Assembly: GCA_031409655.1 (NCBI GenBank)
Contig: JANNXQ010000075.1
Coordinates: 1-46,412, forward strand
Source of the DNA: Chthoniobacteraceae bacterium
GTDB taxonomy: Bacteria; Verrucomicrobiota; Verrucomicrobiia; Chthoniobacterales; Chthoniobacteraceae
Direction of reading: 5' to 3'
Length of the DNA: 46,412 nt
Shown piece by piece: positions 1 through 9,366 of this stretch; positions within the stretch are counted from its first letter, which is position 1; every line of letters starts with the position of its first letter. The notes under the pieces were generated by a model that was given only the letters and a program-made list of their open reading frames with translations, was not told the DNA's origin and searched no databases. A program made the position numbers and the translations under genes.

Positions 1-1
1 C

Positions 2-3000
2 GCCGGGAGCTTCACCTTTGCGACGAAAGGACCCCAAGCGCTCGAGCAAGCGCCGATCAGTGCTGCGGGCGCGGCGGGCTGGAGTCTGTTTGCGAATGCG
101 GGGACGACGCTGGCTTTCGCGGTCGATAGCGGCGGCAGCACCTCCGGGGCGATCTTCTCCTATGGGTCGAATGGCAGCCCGGACCGCGCGCTCGGGCTGC
201 TCGCCAATAGTACCCGGGCCTGCCGCGTCGGCTGGCGGCTCGGGAATGGCACGGGGCAGACGATCACGCAATTCACGCTGAGCTATGTGGGGGAAAAGTG
301 GCGGACTGGCGGCACCGCGAATCTCAATCAGCTCGCGTTCAGTTATCGGATCAATGCGGTGGCCTTTGATCTGGAGACGACGGCTGGGTTCACCTCGGTC
401 CCGGCTTTGCACTTCACGTCGGGGCCGCTGGTCGGTCCGCCAACGGCGCTCAATGGCAGCGTCGGCGCAAATCGCACGCTGATCTCCGCCACCGTCTCCG
501 GCATCTCGTGGGCGCCGGGGCAGATGCTTTTGCTGCGCTGGCAGGACGTGGATTCGACCGATGAGGATGATGGACTGGCGCTCGATCACGTCGCCTTCTT
601 TGCGCCATCCGGGGCCAGCGCCGCACCGCAAGTGGCGGCCACTTTTCCCGCGCCCGCGGCGACGAATGTCCCGACCACGAGCCGTCTGGCGATCACCTTC
701 GATCAGCCCGCCACGGTCGCCGGCCCGTGGGTGCAGCTCACGAGCGCCAGCCTCGGCGTCGTGCCGATCACCATCGCCGGCGGGCCGATCCGCTACGAGA
801 TCCCGCCTTCCTCGCAGATGCTGCCGGGCGAAAATTACACCTTCACGATTTTCGGCGCGCAGGTGACGAATTCGAGCGGCACGCCGCTGCCCGGAAATGT
901 CCTGCGCACCTTCACCACGCAGCCAGCGATCACGAATCTGCAACCGATCAGCGCCGTGCAGGGGAACGGCGCGACCACGCCGCTGAATGGTCAGATCGTC
1001 ACCGTGCGCGGGGTCGTCACGGCGGATTTTCAGGGCGCCTCGCCGGGCTTCGGCGGCTTCTATCTGCAATCGCTCCCCGCGGATGGGGACGCGGACCCCA
1101 CGACTTCCGAAGGCCTCTTCGTTTTCGATCTCACCTCCGAAGCGAGCCGCGCCGTGGCCGTGGGCGACGTCCTTGCGGTCACCGGGACGGCGGGCGAATT
1201 CGGCGGGCAGACCCAGCTTTCTCTCGTCACGTCGCTCACCGTGGAAGGGGTGGCCGCGTTGCCGGATTTCACCGACGCCGCGCTGCCGATGGACACGGCG
1301 ACCGCGCTCGAGCCGCTGGAAGCGATGCGCGTCCGTTTCCCGCAGACCCTGCATGTCACGAGCACCGGAGGCAGTGCCAATTTCTCCGTGAGCTACGGGC
1401 GCCAGGGGCAACTGATCCTGGCCTCCGGCGGTCCGCTCGTGGAGCCGACCGAGGAGATCGACCCGAACGACGACCCCGCTTCCGGCACCACCAGCGCCGG
1501 CGGGACGAACGTGGCCGCCGTCTCCGCGCGCGCCGCGCACAACGCGCTCCGCACCGTGGTCCTCGATGACGCCAGCGCCGCTATTTTCCCCGACCCCACG
1601 CCTTTCCTGAACGCCCAGGGCACGCGCCGCTGTGGCGACACCGTCGCGGGACTCGCCGGCATCCTCTCGTCCGCCGGCGGGCGCGCCGTCATCCAGCCGA
1701 TGGGCCCGGTGACCTTCGTGAATGCGAATCCGCGCTCGCCCGCGCCGCCCTTGGTCGGCGGGCGTCTCAAGGTGGTGGGCATGAATGTCCTGAATTACTT
1801 CACCACCTTCGGCGGCATGAATAATCGCGGCGCGAGCAACGCCACGGAATTTCAGCGGCAGAAGGCGAAGATCATCGCGGCGCTCACGGCGCTTGATGCC
1901 GACTTGCTCGGGCTCATCGAAATCCAAAACACGCCCGCCGCCAGCAGCGACCTTCTCGCCGCGCTCAACGCCGCCTTTCCGGCGAATCCCTACGCCGTCG
2001 TGCCCGATGCCGCGAATGGCCCCGGCGGTGATTTCATCCGCACGCTGCTCCTTTACCGGCCCGCAAAACTCAGCAGCTTCGGCCCGTGTTTTTCGGACAA
2101 TGACATCGTCTGGAACACTCCCAATCCGCTGCGGCTCCCGCAAGCCCAGGTCTTCGTGGAAAACTCCACCGGGGAGCGTTTCATCGCCTGCATCAACCAC
2201 TGGAAGGCCAAGGGATCGAGCGATGCGACCGGGCTCGATCTCGATCAAGGCGACGGGCAGGGGGCCTTCAATGATCTGCGCCGGCGGCAGGCCGCCCGAT
2301 TGCTCGTCTGGCTGCAAGGCATCCGCGCTACGGTCGGGGACAATGACGTGCTGGTCTTTGGCGATCTGAATGCGCTCGGCGAGGAAGACCCGCTCGACGT
2401 GCTGCGTGCGGGCGGCTTCGCCGATCAAGGCACGCGCTTTCACACCGGTGCCTTCAGCTACCGCCTCGCCGAGGCCCGCGGGCGGCTCGATCACGCTTTC
2501 GCAAATGCGACGATGGCCGCGCAGATCAACGCCACCGACCACTGGTCCATCAATGCCGACGAGCCGCCCTTCTCGGACTACAACACCGAGAGCAAATCCG
2601 TCGCCCAACAGGCGGTGAACGTCGGCACGCCGTATCGCAGCAGCGATCACGATCCGGTGCTCATCGGGGTGAACTTGTCTCCGCAACCGACGACGTACGC
2701 GATGTGGGCCGCCGCGCGCCTCTGGCCCGGCGCGACGAGCGATCAACCCGGCGACGATCCCGATCGCGACGGGTTGGAAAATCTCGCGGAGTTCGTGCTC
2801 AACACGGACCCGCTCACCTCGCAGGGCGACGTGCTCCCGACGGCCTCGCGCGCCGGTGGAAACTTCCAACTGACCCACCGCCGCCGCACGAATGCCGTCG
2901 GCGTCACGGTCCACGCGGAGTGGTCGGAAAATTTGCAGGATTGGTTCCCGCTCACCCCAGGTCAGGAGACGGCCGTGGACGGCGTGACCGTCCTCCAACC

Positions 3001-3067
3001 CGCCACCGCCCCGATCGCCGGTCGGCCGAAAATGTTCGGACGCGTGCGCATCGGACTGAATCCGTAG
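2..3067 (+). CDS. ExeM/NucH-family extracellular endonuclease (Ig-like + OB-fold + EEP nuclease + C-terminal DxDxDG domain), 5' partial
   Basis: Frame is open from base 2, upstream of the 287 ORF call. Motifs: ISAVQG...VTVRGVVTADF (OB), NVLNYF, GLIEIQN, INHWKAK, GDLNA, LDHAF, SSDHDPVLI (EEP catalytic set). Confidence 0.9.
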   Translation, partial: AGSFTFATKGPQALEQAPISAAGAAGWSLFANAGTTLAFAVDSGGSTSGAIFSYGSNGSPDRALGLLANSTRACRVGWRLGNGTGQTITQFTLSYVGEKWRTGGTANLNQLAFSYRINAVAFDLETTAGFTSVPALHFTSGPLVGPPTALNGSVGANRTLISATVSGISWAPGQMLLLRWQDVDSTDEDDGLALDHVAFFAPSGASAAPQVAATFPAPAATNVPTTSRLAITFDQPATVAGPWVQLTSASLGVVPITIAGGPIRYEIPPSSQMLPGENYTFTIFGAQVTNSSGTPLPGNVLRTFTTQPAITNLQPISAVQGNGATTPLNGQIVTVRGVVTADFQGASPGFGGFYLQSLPADGDADPTTSEGLFVFDLTSEASRAVAVGDVLAVTGTAGEFGGQTQLSLVTSLTVEGVAALPDFTDAALPMDTATALEPLEAMRVRFPQTLHVTSTGGSANFSVSYGRQGQLILASGGPLVEPTEEIDPNDDPASGTTSAGGTNVAAVSARAAHNALRTVVLDDASAAIFPDPTPFLNAQGTRRCGDTVAGLAGILSSAGGRAVIQPMGPVTFVNANPRSPAPPLVGGRLKVVGMNVLNYFTTFGGMNNRGASNATEFQRQKAKIIAALTALDADLLGLIEIQNTPAASSDLLAALNAAFPANPYAVVPDAANGPGGDFIRTLLLYRPAKLSSFGPCFSDNDIVWNTPNPLRLPQAQVFVENSTGERFIACINHWKAKGSSDATGLDLDQGDGQGAFNDLRRRQAARLLVWLQGIRATVGDNDVLVFGDLNALGEEDPLDVLRAGGFADQGTRFHTGAFSYRLAEARGRLDHAFANATMAAQINATDHWSINADEPPFSDYNTESKSVAQQAVNVGTPYRSSDHDPVLIGVNLSPQPTTYAMWAAARLWPGATSDQPGDDPDRDGLENLAEFVLNTDPLTSQGDVLPTASRAGGNFQLTHRRRTNAVGVTVHAEWSENLQDWFPLTPGQETAVDGVTVLQPATAPIAGRPKMFGRVRIGLNP

Positions 3068-3072
3068 CGCAT

Positions 3073-3128
3073 GGGGCTGGGGCGCCCTCGCCCCCAGTAT
3101 CTCCTCGGGGCGAGGGCGCCCCTGCTCC
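3073..3128. repeat. Inverted pair of GGAG-type REP-like palindromes / bidirectional terminator
   Basis: GGGGCTGGGGCGCCCTCGCCCC (3073-3094) matches the reverse complement of 3107-3128 (GGAGCAGGGGCGCCCTCGCCCC) at 20/22; lies between convergent genes. Confidence 0.7.
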
Positions 3129-3141
3129 TTGATCCCTCCGG

Positions 3142-3912
3142 TTACTCGCGCACCTTGCCGACGACGTAGCCGCCCTTTGCGTCCACCGCGATCTCCGGCA
3201 GTCGCCGCGTGCCTTCAAAGGCCTGGTAAGCCGGCTGCAACTGCGCCCAGAAAGCCTGCAACTCCGGATGAGCCGCGGAAAATTTCGCCCACGGCTCGCC
3301 GCTCATCCGTGCTGGGAAAATGTGTACCGGGATGGACTTCTGCCCACGATCCCTCGCGTCGAGCGCGAGCACGTAGAGTTCTTCGATGCCCGCGTCGCCG
3401 AGCGGCAGGCAGCCGATGGTTACCATTTTCCCATGGATGAAAATATCGCCGCCGGGCCGCTCGCGATGGCTGAGGATGCGATCCGCCGCATTCGGATAAT
3501 CGATCCCCAGCGAGAGATGAAACGCGCTCTGGGGATTGAAGCGATCGATCCGGTAAAAACCTTCCGGAACCTGCCGATCGCCTTCGCGTCGCTTCGGCCC
3601 CGGCCCACCAGACGAAGCCAGCACCGGCAATGTCAGCAGCGCTTTCCACGGCCCCGAGTCTTCGCGCGCCCACACCTCGAGCTCCGCCTCCCGCTTAAAG
3701 GCGCGCAGAAAAATTTCCCGCGGCGGATACGGCAGGCCAAAGCGCTGGCACTGCGCGCGGAGGATTTCCTCCCGCGCTTTCCGCGCCCGCGCCACGCGCT
3801 CTGCGCCCGGCAGCCTGGCAAAATCACCCGCCGCCGCATCCCGCTGCCAGAGTCGCCAGCCCGCACAGCCGACGATCAGCAGGAGGAGGACGGCTGGTAG
3901 CAACTTTCCCAC
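3142..3912 (-). CDS. L,D-transpeptidase family protein (YkuD domain, YafK/DpaA-like)
   Basis: N-terminal TM; GPKRREGDRQVPEGFY, FHLSLGIDYPN, GGDIFIHG...TIGC (His/Cys catalytic motif). Confidence 0.88.
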   Translation of the reverse strand: MGKLLPAVLLLLIVGCAGWRLWQRDAAAGDFARLPGAERVARARKAREEILRAQCQRFGLPYPPREIFLRAFKREAELEVWAREDSGPWKALLTLPVLASSGGPGPKRREGDRQVPEGFYRIDRFNPQSAFHLSLGIDYPNAADRILSHRERPGGDIFIHGKMVTIGCLPLGDAGIEELYVLALDARDRGQKSIPVHIFPARMSGEPWAKFSAAHPELQAFWAQLQPAYQAFEGTRRLPEIAVDAKGGYVVGKVRE

Positions 3913-3923
3913 GATCAGCGGAG

Positions 3924-4541
3924 CTAGCGGAGCTGCTGCTCGTAGTAAAAGTGCTGCCGCCGTAAAATTTCCTCCACGTACTTCCGCGTCGTGGGGAAGT
4001 CGATCGCCCCGAGCAGATCATCCCCATTGGCCTTGTCGCCGAGTCGCGTCTCCTCCAGCCAGCGATCCACGCGCCGCCTTCCCGCATTGTATTCCGCGAG
4101 GGCAAAGACCTCCGGGCGCTGGCGGCCCTGCCAGCGATCGAGCGCCTTTCGCAGATACCAGGTGCCGGCCTCCATATTCGTCTTCGCGTCAAAAAGATCC
4201 GTCGTCGTGAAGGTCTCGATCTTCTCCGCTTTCGCCCAATCCTGCGCCGCCGCCTCGCCCACCTGCATCAGCCCGCGTTCGCCCGCCGAGCCGATCTTGT
4301 CTGGATGGAAAGCGCTCTCCCTCCAGACCACGGACTTGAGCAGCAGCGGGTCGAGGCCGTGCTTTTCCGCAAGATCCGCGATCAGTAGGTCGTAGCGCGC
4401 GTAGCGGCCCCCGGCCATCCACTCCTGCGCAGTGTAGAGCGGGTCTTGCGACCGCCAGAGCACGATGCCCGCTGCCGTGGACGCGGCGAGGAGCAGAGTG
4501 AAGACGAGGACCTTAAACAAGCGCCACATGGGGTCGCGCAT
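3924..4541 (-). CDS. Lytic transglycosylase (SLT domain)
   Basis: VVWRESAF (catalytic Glu), GERGLMQV, GTWYL, LAEYNAG; start at ATG 4541 or 4529. Confidence 0.88.
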   Translation of the reverse strand: MRDPMWRLFKVLVFTLLLAASTAAGIVLWRSQDPLYTAQEWMAGGRYARYDLLIADLAEKHGLDPLLLKSVVWRESAFHPDKIGSAGERGLMQVGEAAAQDWAKAEKIETFTTTDLFDAKTNMEAGTWYLRKALDRWQGRQRPEVFALAEYNAGRRRVDRWLEETRLGDKANGDDLLGAIDFPTTRKYVEEILRRQHFYYEQQLR

Positions 4542-4631
4542 ACAAAGGCCGCCCGCCGCCTCCGGCAAATTCCAAATTCCAGATCCCGCAGAAATCGCCC
4601 GGCGCGAGCCCACCACTGCCGCCTTGCTCCT

Positions 4632-5293
4632 TTACTTCCGTGGCAAAGAGATCTGCACGTACGCCCTCTCCGTAGTGAACTCAGCGCCGGAATCGACCTC
4701 CATACTCAGGAATGCCAACTCCGCCTTCTCCGTGCCCTTCGACGTGACCACCACCCGATACCTGGCGCCCTCGGTCACCGTCTCCACGTTCGTCTCAAAT
4801 CCGGGCTCCCTCGTCGTCACTTTTTCCACGCTCAAGGTCTGCCGTGGCATCGCCTCCACTTCGATTGCTTTCGTCCCCGGCTTTTTGCCCGGAGACCAAA
4901 TGAGAATGGACGGGTCAACCTCGCGACCTCCGGAATAGCCACATTCAGCGTTAGCATCGTCGGCTCCCGCTGTCCTTTTACACTCACGCGGATCATCGCC
5001 GACTGCGCCCCCCGCCGATCGCCAATGTTGAAGCGCGCCGTCAACTCGCCGCGCTCGCCGGGTGCATAGGTCATCTTTGCCAGCGTCGGCACCGTGCAGC
5101 CGCACGACGATTTCACAGCCTCAATCGTCACCCCGCTCTTCCCCGCATTTACAAAGCCAAACTTCGCCTCCGCCGTCGCCTCCGTCGGCCGCGGTTTGAG
5201 GTCGAGCTTCTGCGCGTCCCATTTCAATTCCGCCCGTAGCGGGTGCAGCACCGTCAGGAAAAGGAATGAGCCAGTGACGAGGAAGCGAAGCAT
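4632..5293 (-). pseudogene. DUF1573-domain secreted protein, frameshifted near 4912-4915 (real or sequencing error)
   Basis: Signal peptide MLRFLVTG... then VKSSCGCT, YAPGERGEL (DUF1573). Protein-like sequence continues in another frame (PSILIWSPGKKPGTKAIEV...); one extra C in a CCC run would join the frames. Confidence 0.75.
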
Positions 5294-5315
5294 CGGGCGC
5301 GGTTTATCGTCGCCT

Positions 5316-5552
5316 CTACGCCGCTGCCAGCGTGCGCGCATGTGGGGTGTCACTGGCGTGCAACGGGCGAACCTGGCTGCTCTCCAGCGTGAGCAAGGCC
5401 ACCGTGTGCCCGTCGTAGCCGACGAACTCCACCTCGAACGCCACGTCATCGCCGTGGACGAGCACCGCGGTGCCCACATCGCCGCGCTGCAATCCATGCT
5501 CAGGCAGGTCGCAGGTTAGAGCCACGGCATCGAGTTCGTTGATCTTGTTCAT
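5316..5552 (-). CDS. DUF4926-domain protein (putative antitoxin/immunity partner)
   Basis: INELDAVAL..DLPEHGLQRGDVGTAV.VH....FEVEF...G.T.ALLTL matches the DUF4926 pattern; ATGA overlap with upstream gene. Confidence 0.85.
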   Translation of the reverse strand: MNKINELDAVALTCDLPEHGLQRGDVGTAVLVHGDDVAFEVEFVGYDGHTVALLTLESSQVRPLHASDTPHARTLAAA

Positions 5553-5890
5553 AATTTCGGCAGCGGGTGGGCGGTGACAAAGCGCGGCACCTCACTGCCG
5601 GCATCGATAAATCACGCGCTGCGCTCATTCAAGACCGCGCCGTCCGGCGCCACCAGCGGACCATTGATGGCGAAACGTACCCCGTGCCACGTTTCGCCCG
5701 TCTCGACGACATCGTGGTCCCTTGCGTGTTGGAGCAGCGCATCGGCCACTCGAGTCCACTCGGCCACCGTGAACCCGAACCACAGAAAAAACGTCGCTTT
5801 GCTACCTCCGGCAGGATCCGCCAGGTTCAGAAGGGAACGCTCGACTTTCGATTCGGGCACTGTAGCCGCTTGCGCGTTTGGGAGCTTCAT
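5549..5890 (-). pseudogene. DUF6883-family protein with premature TGA at 5612-5614
   Basis: MKLPNAQAATVPESKV..LLN...GGSKATFF..FGF...GPLVAPDG..LNERSA*FIDAGSEVPRFVTAHP; the stop sits where a Trp is expected; the natural stop overlaps the DUF4926 ATG. Confidence 0.78.
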
Positions 5891-5964
5891 CTGCAGCCCT
5901 TCGTATCGGCCGGAGCAATCGAGCGGAAAGCAAATTGCTCGCTCTCGCGCGGAGCTGTTTGGTT

Positions 5965-5987
5965 GGGCGATTGAAAATCGCCCCTCC
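5965..5987 (-). repeat. GGAG-type REP-like hairpin (copy A)
   Basis: Minus strand GGAG-GGGCGATT-TTC-AATCGCCC; 20/23 identical to 6605-6627. Confidence 0.65.
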
Positions 5988-5990
5988 TTG

Positions 5991-6685
5991 TCAGGGAACC
6001 TCCACGCGCAGACGATAGAATCAGCGGGGCTGGCGGGTGGCGGCGCCTTTGTCGAGGAGTTGAATCGGGCGGCCGGTGCCGACGAGGTGATCTTGCACCA
6101 CGGTGCACTCGCCGCGGGCGAGATCGGTGCAGCACTCGAGGGCGTAGCTGCGGCCGGGGACGGTCGCGAATTCGAGCACGACATCGGCGCCGACGGTGCC
6201 AATACTGGAAATGCGCAAGGCGCTTCTGGCATCCAGCGGATCGGTGCCGGCGATGGCTTCCTGCGCGTCGAAGATGCCGTCGCATCGGGATCGAGGGTCA
6301 ACGCGAAGGGAGCCAAAGCCGCCGCCACAACATTGAGCCTCAGATAGGTTGCCGAATAGACGGGGTTGAACTGGTTGCCGTTGCCGATGACCAATTCATT
6401 GATCGTCCCAAACTGCCTGCTCCGGGAGCCGAAGGTCAGCACGGGGAAGGTATTTCCAACTGCGGGGCTGAAGCCGTTGAGATTCAGCGTCCCGCTCAAG
6501 GTCGCGGTAGCCCTGAGCGGCGTCGAATGGGCCGTGCCCGTCACGCTGAGATGGCCAGATTGGTTCGCCGCCGTCCCGCCGAGGTCGATGCTTACCGGCC
6601 CCACGGAGCGGCGATTTGCAATCGCCGAACGAATGCCAATCGCGCCGTTGATGGCGACCGTACCGCCCCCGCTCGCTCGCATCAC
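5991..6685 (-). pseudogene. Remnant of a large secreted/surface protein (beta-helix tail + DxDxDG...FYRLRV C-terminal domain)
   Basis: SIDLGGTAANQSGHLSVTG...GFSPAVGNTFPVLTFGSR; frameshift near 6282 into DGIFDAQEAIAGTDP...; internal TGA at 6021-6023 before FYRLRVEVP*; no N-terminus. Confidence 0.72.
6605..6627 (+). repeat. GGAG-type REP-like hairpin (copy B)
   Basis: GGAG-CGGCGATT-TGC-AATCGCCG; compensatory C-G versus G-C at the stem base relative to copy A. Confidence 0.65.
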
Positions 6686-6779
6686 CCCGGCATTCGGTTC
6701 CGTCTAGCCGCGAACGCCAGATCGCTGCTTGCTGGGGCATCCCGACCGCCATCTTGACGTCGCCTCGACCACTGCTCAG

Positions 6780-7001
6780 ATGTTTTGCGTGACAGCCACC
6801 ATCCAGGATTTTCGAGCAAAGGCCCTCACGCATATCGATGTTGCTCGGAGGGGTGAAGATGTCGTCATCACTCATGAAGGGCAGGCCCTAGCGCGGCTTA
6901 CCGGGCTTCCATCGGTAGGCTCCACTTTAATCCCTGTGAACAAGCCGCTTTGCGATATTCTTGGATTCCTGTCACAAGGGCTGGCTGGCGTACCCGGCTG
7001 A
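6780..7001 (+). CDS. Phd/YefM-family antitoxin-like protein, orphan, probably C-terminally degraded
   Basis: VTATIQDFRAKALTHIDVARRGEDVVITHEGQALARL is the Phd/YefM N-terminal pattern; no toxin ORF follows. Confidence 0.65.
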   Translation: MFCVTATIQDFRAKALTHIDVARRGEDVVITHEGQALARLTGLPSVGSTLIPVNKPLCDILGFLSQGLAGVPG

Positions 7002-7275
7002 ATCGCAGGATGGAAAATGGCACCGGAGCACAATTTCTTGCGGCGGCTGGCAGCGCCGGAGCTTTCTGTGAAAGTGACCTTTCGTAAAGTGGGCCGCGCT
7101 CAAGGGGTCGAGGACGGGTGGGTTTCTGAAGGTTGCTGGTCCAGAAATCGAGAGCACCTCAGCACCGCGTGGATTGACGGATGCGGGCGGGTGCGAGAGA
7201 AGCAATGGAGCCGCTCTGCAAAAGGGCGGTCCTCAAACGCTCCTCGGCAGTCCATCCCCTCCCCCCTTCCCCCTC

Positions 7276-9327
7276 GTGTCCGAAGAATTCTCCCAGCATC
7301 TCCAACCCTGCGCGGGCTGCGGCGCGATGCTGGATGTGACGGAGGAGGAGCCGCTCTCGGAGGTGACCTGCCCGGCGTGCCACACGGTGAATGCGGTGGC
7401 GGGAATGATCGGCCCCTTTGAACTGCTGGAGGTGGTGGGGCACGGGGGGATGGGGGTGGTGTATAAGGCGCGGGATGTGAGTCTGGATCGGCCAGTGGCG
7501 CTGAAGCTCCTGCATCGCGCGGAATCGGCGGACCCGGAGCAGATCGCGAAGCTGGCGGCGGAGGCTTCGATCACGGCTTCGATCAATCATCCGCATGTGG
7601 TGAAGGTCTTCACGACGGGGACGGATGGGGGGCGTTTTTACATCGCCATGGAGCTGGTGGATAAAGGGACGCTGGACAGTCTGATCGGGCTGCAGGGGCG
7701 GGTGGCGGAGGCGCAGGCGCTGGATGTGGGGATCCAGATCGCGCAGGGGTTGCGGGCGGCGCTGCAGCACGGTCTCATCCATCGCGATGTGAAGCCGGGG
7801 AACATTCTTTTCACCGATGCGCACACCGCGAAGATCGTGGACTTCGGCCTGGCGATGCTGGCGGAAGATGCGGCGACGGCGCGCGGCGAGGTCTGGGGCA
7901 CGCCGTACTATGTGGCGCCGGAGAAGCTGGATCAGAAGCCGGAGGATTTCCGGAGCGACATCTATTCGCTCGGGGCGACGCTTTTCCACGCGATCGCGGG
8001 GCGGCCTCCTTTTGAAGCGGAGAATGCATCGCTGGTGGCACTGAAGCATCTGAAGAGTCAGGCGGTGAGCTTGCAGGCTTTTGCGCCGTGGGTTTCGGGA
8101 TCCACGGCGTTTGTGATCAACCGCACGCTGAGCAAGGATCCGGAGCAGCGCTACCAGAGCTATGACGAGTTGATCGCGCATCTGGAGTATGCGCGGCGGG
8201 AGCTGGAGCAAAAGGCGGCGCAACCCGTGCAGCGGCAGCAGCAGACGAAGCGGGTGGTGATGGAGTCCGCAGAGGCGCAGTCGGCGATGGGGTGGATCAC
8301 GATCGCGCTGATCGGGCTGATGATCCTGCTGGGCGCGGGGTATCTGGTCTATCGGGCGACGGGGGGCCGGGAGCCGGCGCCGGTGACGATCGTGGGGGCG
8401 AAGCGGGCGACGAAATATGACGAGGCCTACGAGAAGGCGCGGAAGCTCCTGCTGGACGGCGAGGCGCAGGGTGCGGCGGGAGCGTTTGCGAAGCTCGGTG
8501 CGGAGAAGCTGCCGCGGCCGCTGCTGGACTGGACGAACTTTCACGAAGGGCTCGCCCGACTCGTGGCCAACCAGCCGGACGAAGGGCGTGCGGCCTTCCG
8601 CAAGATCGAGGAGCGCGGCGCTGGCTCGGTGGATACCGGGGCGAAGAAGGTGGTGGACTTTCTCGTCGAGACGGCTGCGAGCGTCGTCTCCGACGCACCC
8701 GTGCCGCTGGCGAGCACGCAGAGTCTGGACGCGAAAAGCTACGAGGCGCTGGCGCTGCTCGTCTTCGGCTTGAAGAGCTGGCATCTGGAGCGCTACGCCG
8801 AATCAAACGCCTTGCTGCGGCGTTACGACGAAGCGACTCCGACCCTCGGGGCGGCGACCGATTGGCTGCGGGGCTACAAGCCACTGGCCGCAGCTTACCT
8901 GCATGATCTGCGCGCTTACGACGACGCGGCGCTGGCCGTGAAGATGGCGAAAACGGACGAGACCAAGCGCAATGCGCTGCAGGTGCTGACCTCGGCGAAG
9001 GAGAACCTGAAGCTCGGCGGAAAACTCGGCGCGAAGATCGATGCGATGCGCAAAAGCATGGGGCCCGTGCCGAACGCCACACCCCCGCCGCCGCCGAAAA
9101 AGCCGGCGCCAAAGAAAGCACCGCCCGCCTCCCCTGCTCTGCCGAAGGCAACACCGCCGCCCGCTCCGGCCGCGGCCGCTCCCAGCGCAACGCCCACGCC
9201 AGCCATTTTACCGAGAGCCACGCCGCTGCCGCAGCGTCCGCCGCTGGCCCCGCGGGCGACCCCGATCCCACCGGCGTCCACGCTCCCGAGAGCGACTCCG
9301 CTACCGCCAGCGGCTATCCCGAGATAA
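7276..9327 (+). CDS. Ser/Thr protein kinase with N-terminal Zn ribbon, TM segment and Pro-rich tail
   Basis: CAGC...CPAC; GHGGMGVVY, VALK, HRDVKPGN, DFGLA, GTPYYVAPE, SDIYSLG; TM near residue 340; repeated ATP(L/I)PP tail. Start GTG 7276 inferred. Confidence 0.93.
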   Translation: MSEEFSQHLQPCAGCGAMLDVTEEEPLSEVTCPACHTVNAVAGMIGPFELLEVVGHGGMGVVYKARDVSLDRPVALKLLHRAESADPEQIAKLAAEASITASINHPHVVKVFTTGTDGGRFYIAMELVDKGTLDSLIGLQGRVAEAQALDVGIQIAQGLRAALQHGLIHRDVKPGNILFTDAHTAKIVDFGLAMLAEDAATARGEVWGTPYYVAPEKLDQKPEDFRSDIYSLGATLFHAIAGRPPFEAENASLVALKHLKSQAVSLQAFAPWVSGSTAFVINRTLSKDPEQRYQSYDELIAHLEYARRELEQKAAQPVQRQQQTKRVVMESAEAQSAMGWITIALIGLMILLGAGYLVYRATGGREPAPVTIVGAKRATKYDEAYEKARKLLLDGEAQGAAGAFAKLGAEKLPRPLLDWTNFHEGLARLVANQPDEGRAAFRKIEERGAGSVDTGAKKVVDFLVETAASVVSDAPVPLASTQSLDAKSYEALALLVFGLKSWHLERYAESNALLRRYDEATPTLGAATDWLRGYKPLAAAYLHDLRAYDDAALAVKMAKTDETKRNALQVLTSAKENLKLGGKLGAKIDAMRKSMGPVPNATPPPPPKKPAPKKAPPASPALPKATPPPAPAAAAPSATPTPAILPRATPLPQRPPLAPRATPIPPASTLPRATPLPPAAIPR

Positions 9328-9366
9328 CCGACTGCGCCGAACAGCCTGTTGAAAAGCGCAAGGCTG

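Noticed and set aside
5612..6023. TGA recoding (Trp or Sec) explaining two in-frame TGAs
   Set aside because: Many intact genes here end in TGA, and both cases lie in a decayed patch with other lesions.
5612..6685. 357-aa ORF as one fusion protein
   Set aside because: Chance in-frame join of a surface-protein remnant, out-of-frame sequence, a REP and the DUF6883 pseudogene.
7018..7041. Sigma54 promoter (TGGCAC...TTGC)
   Set aside because: Spacing between the GG and GC elements is wrong.
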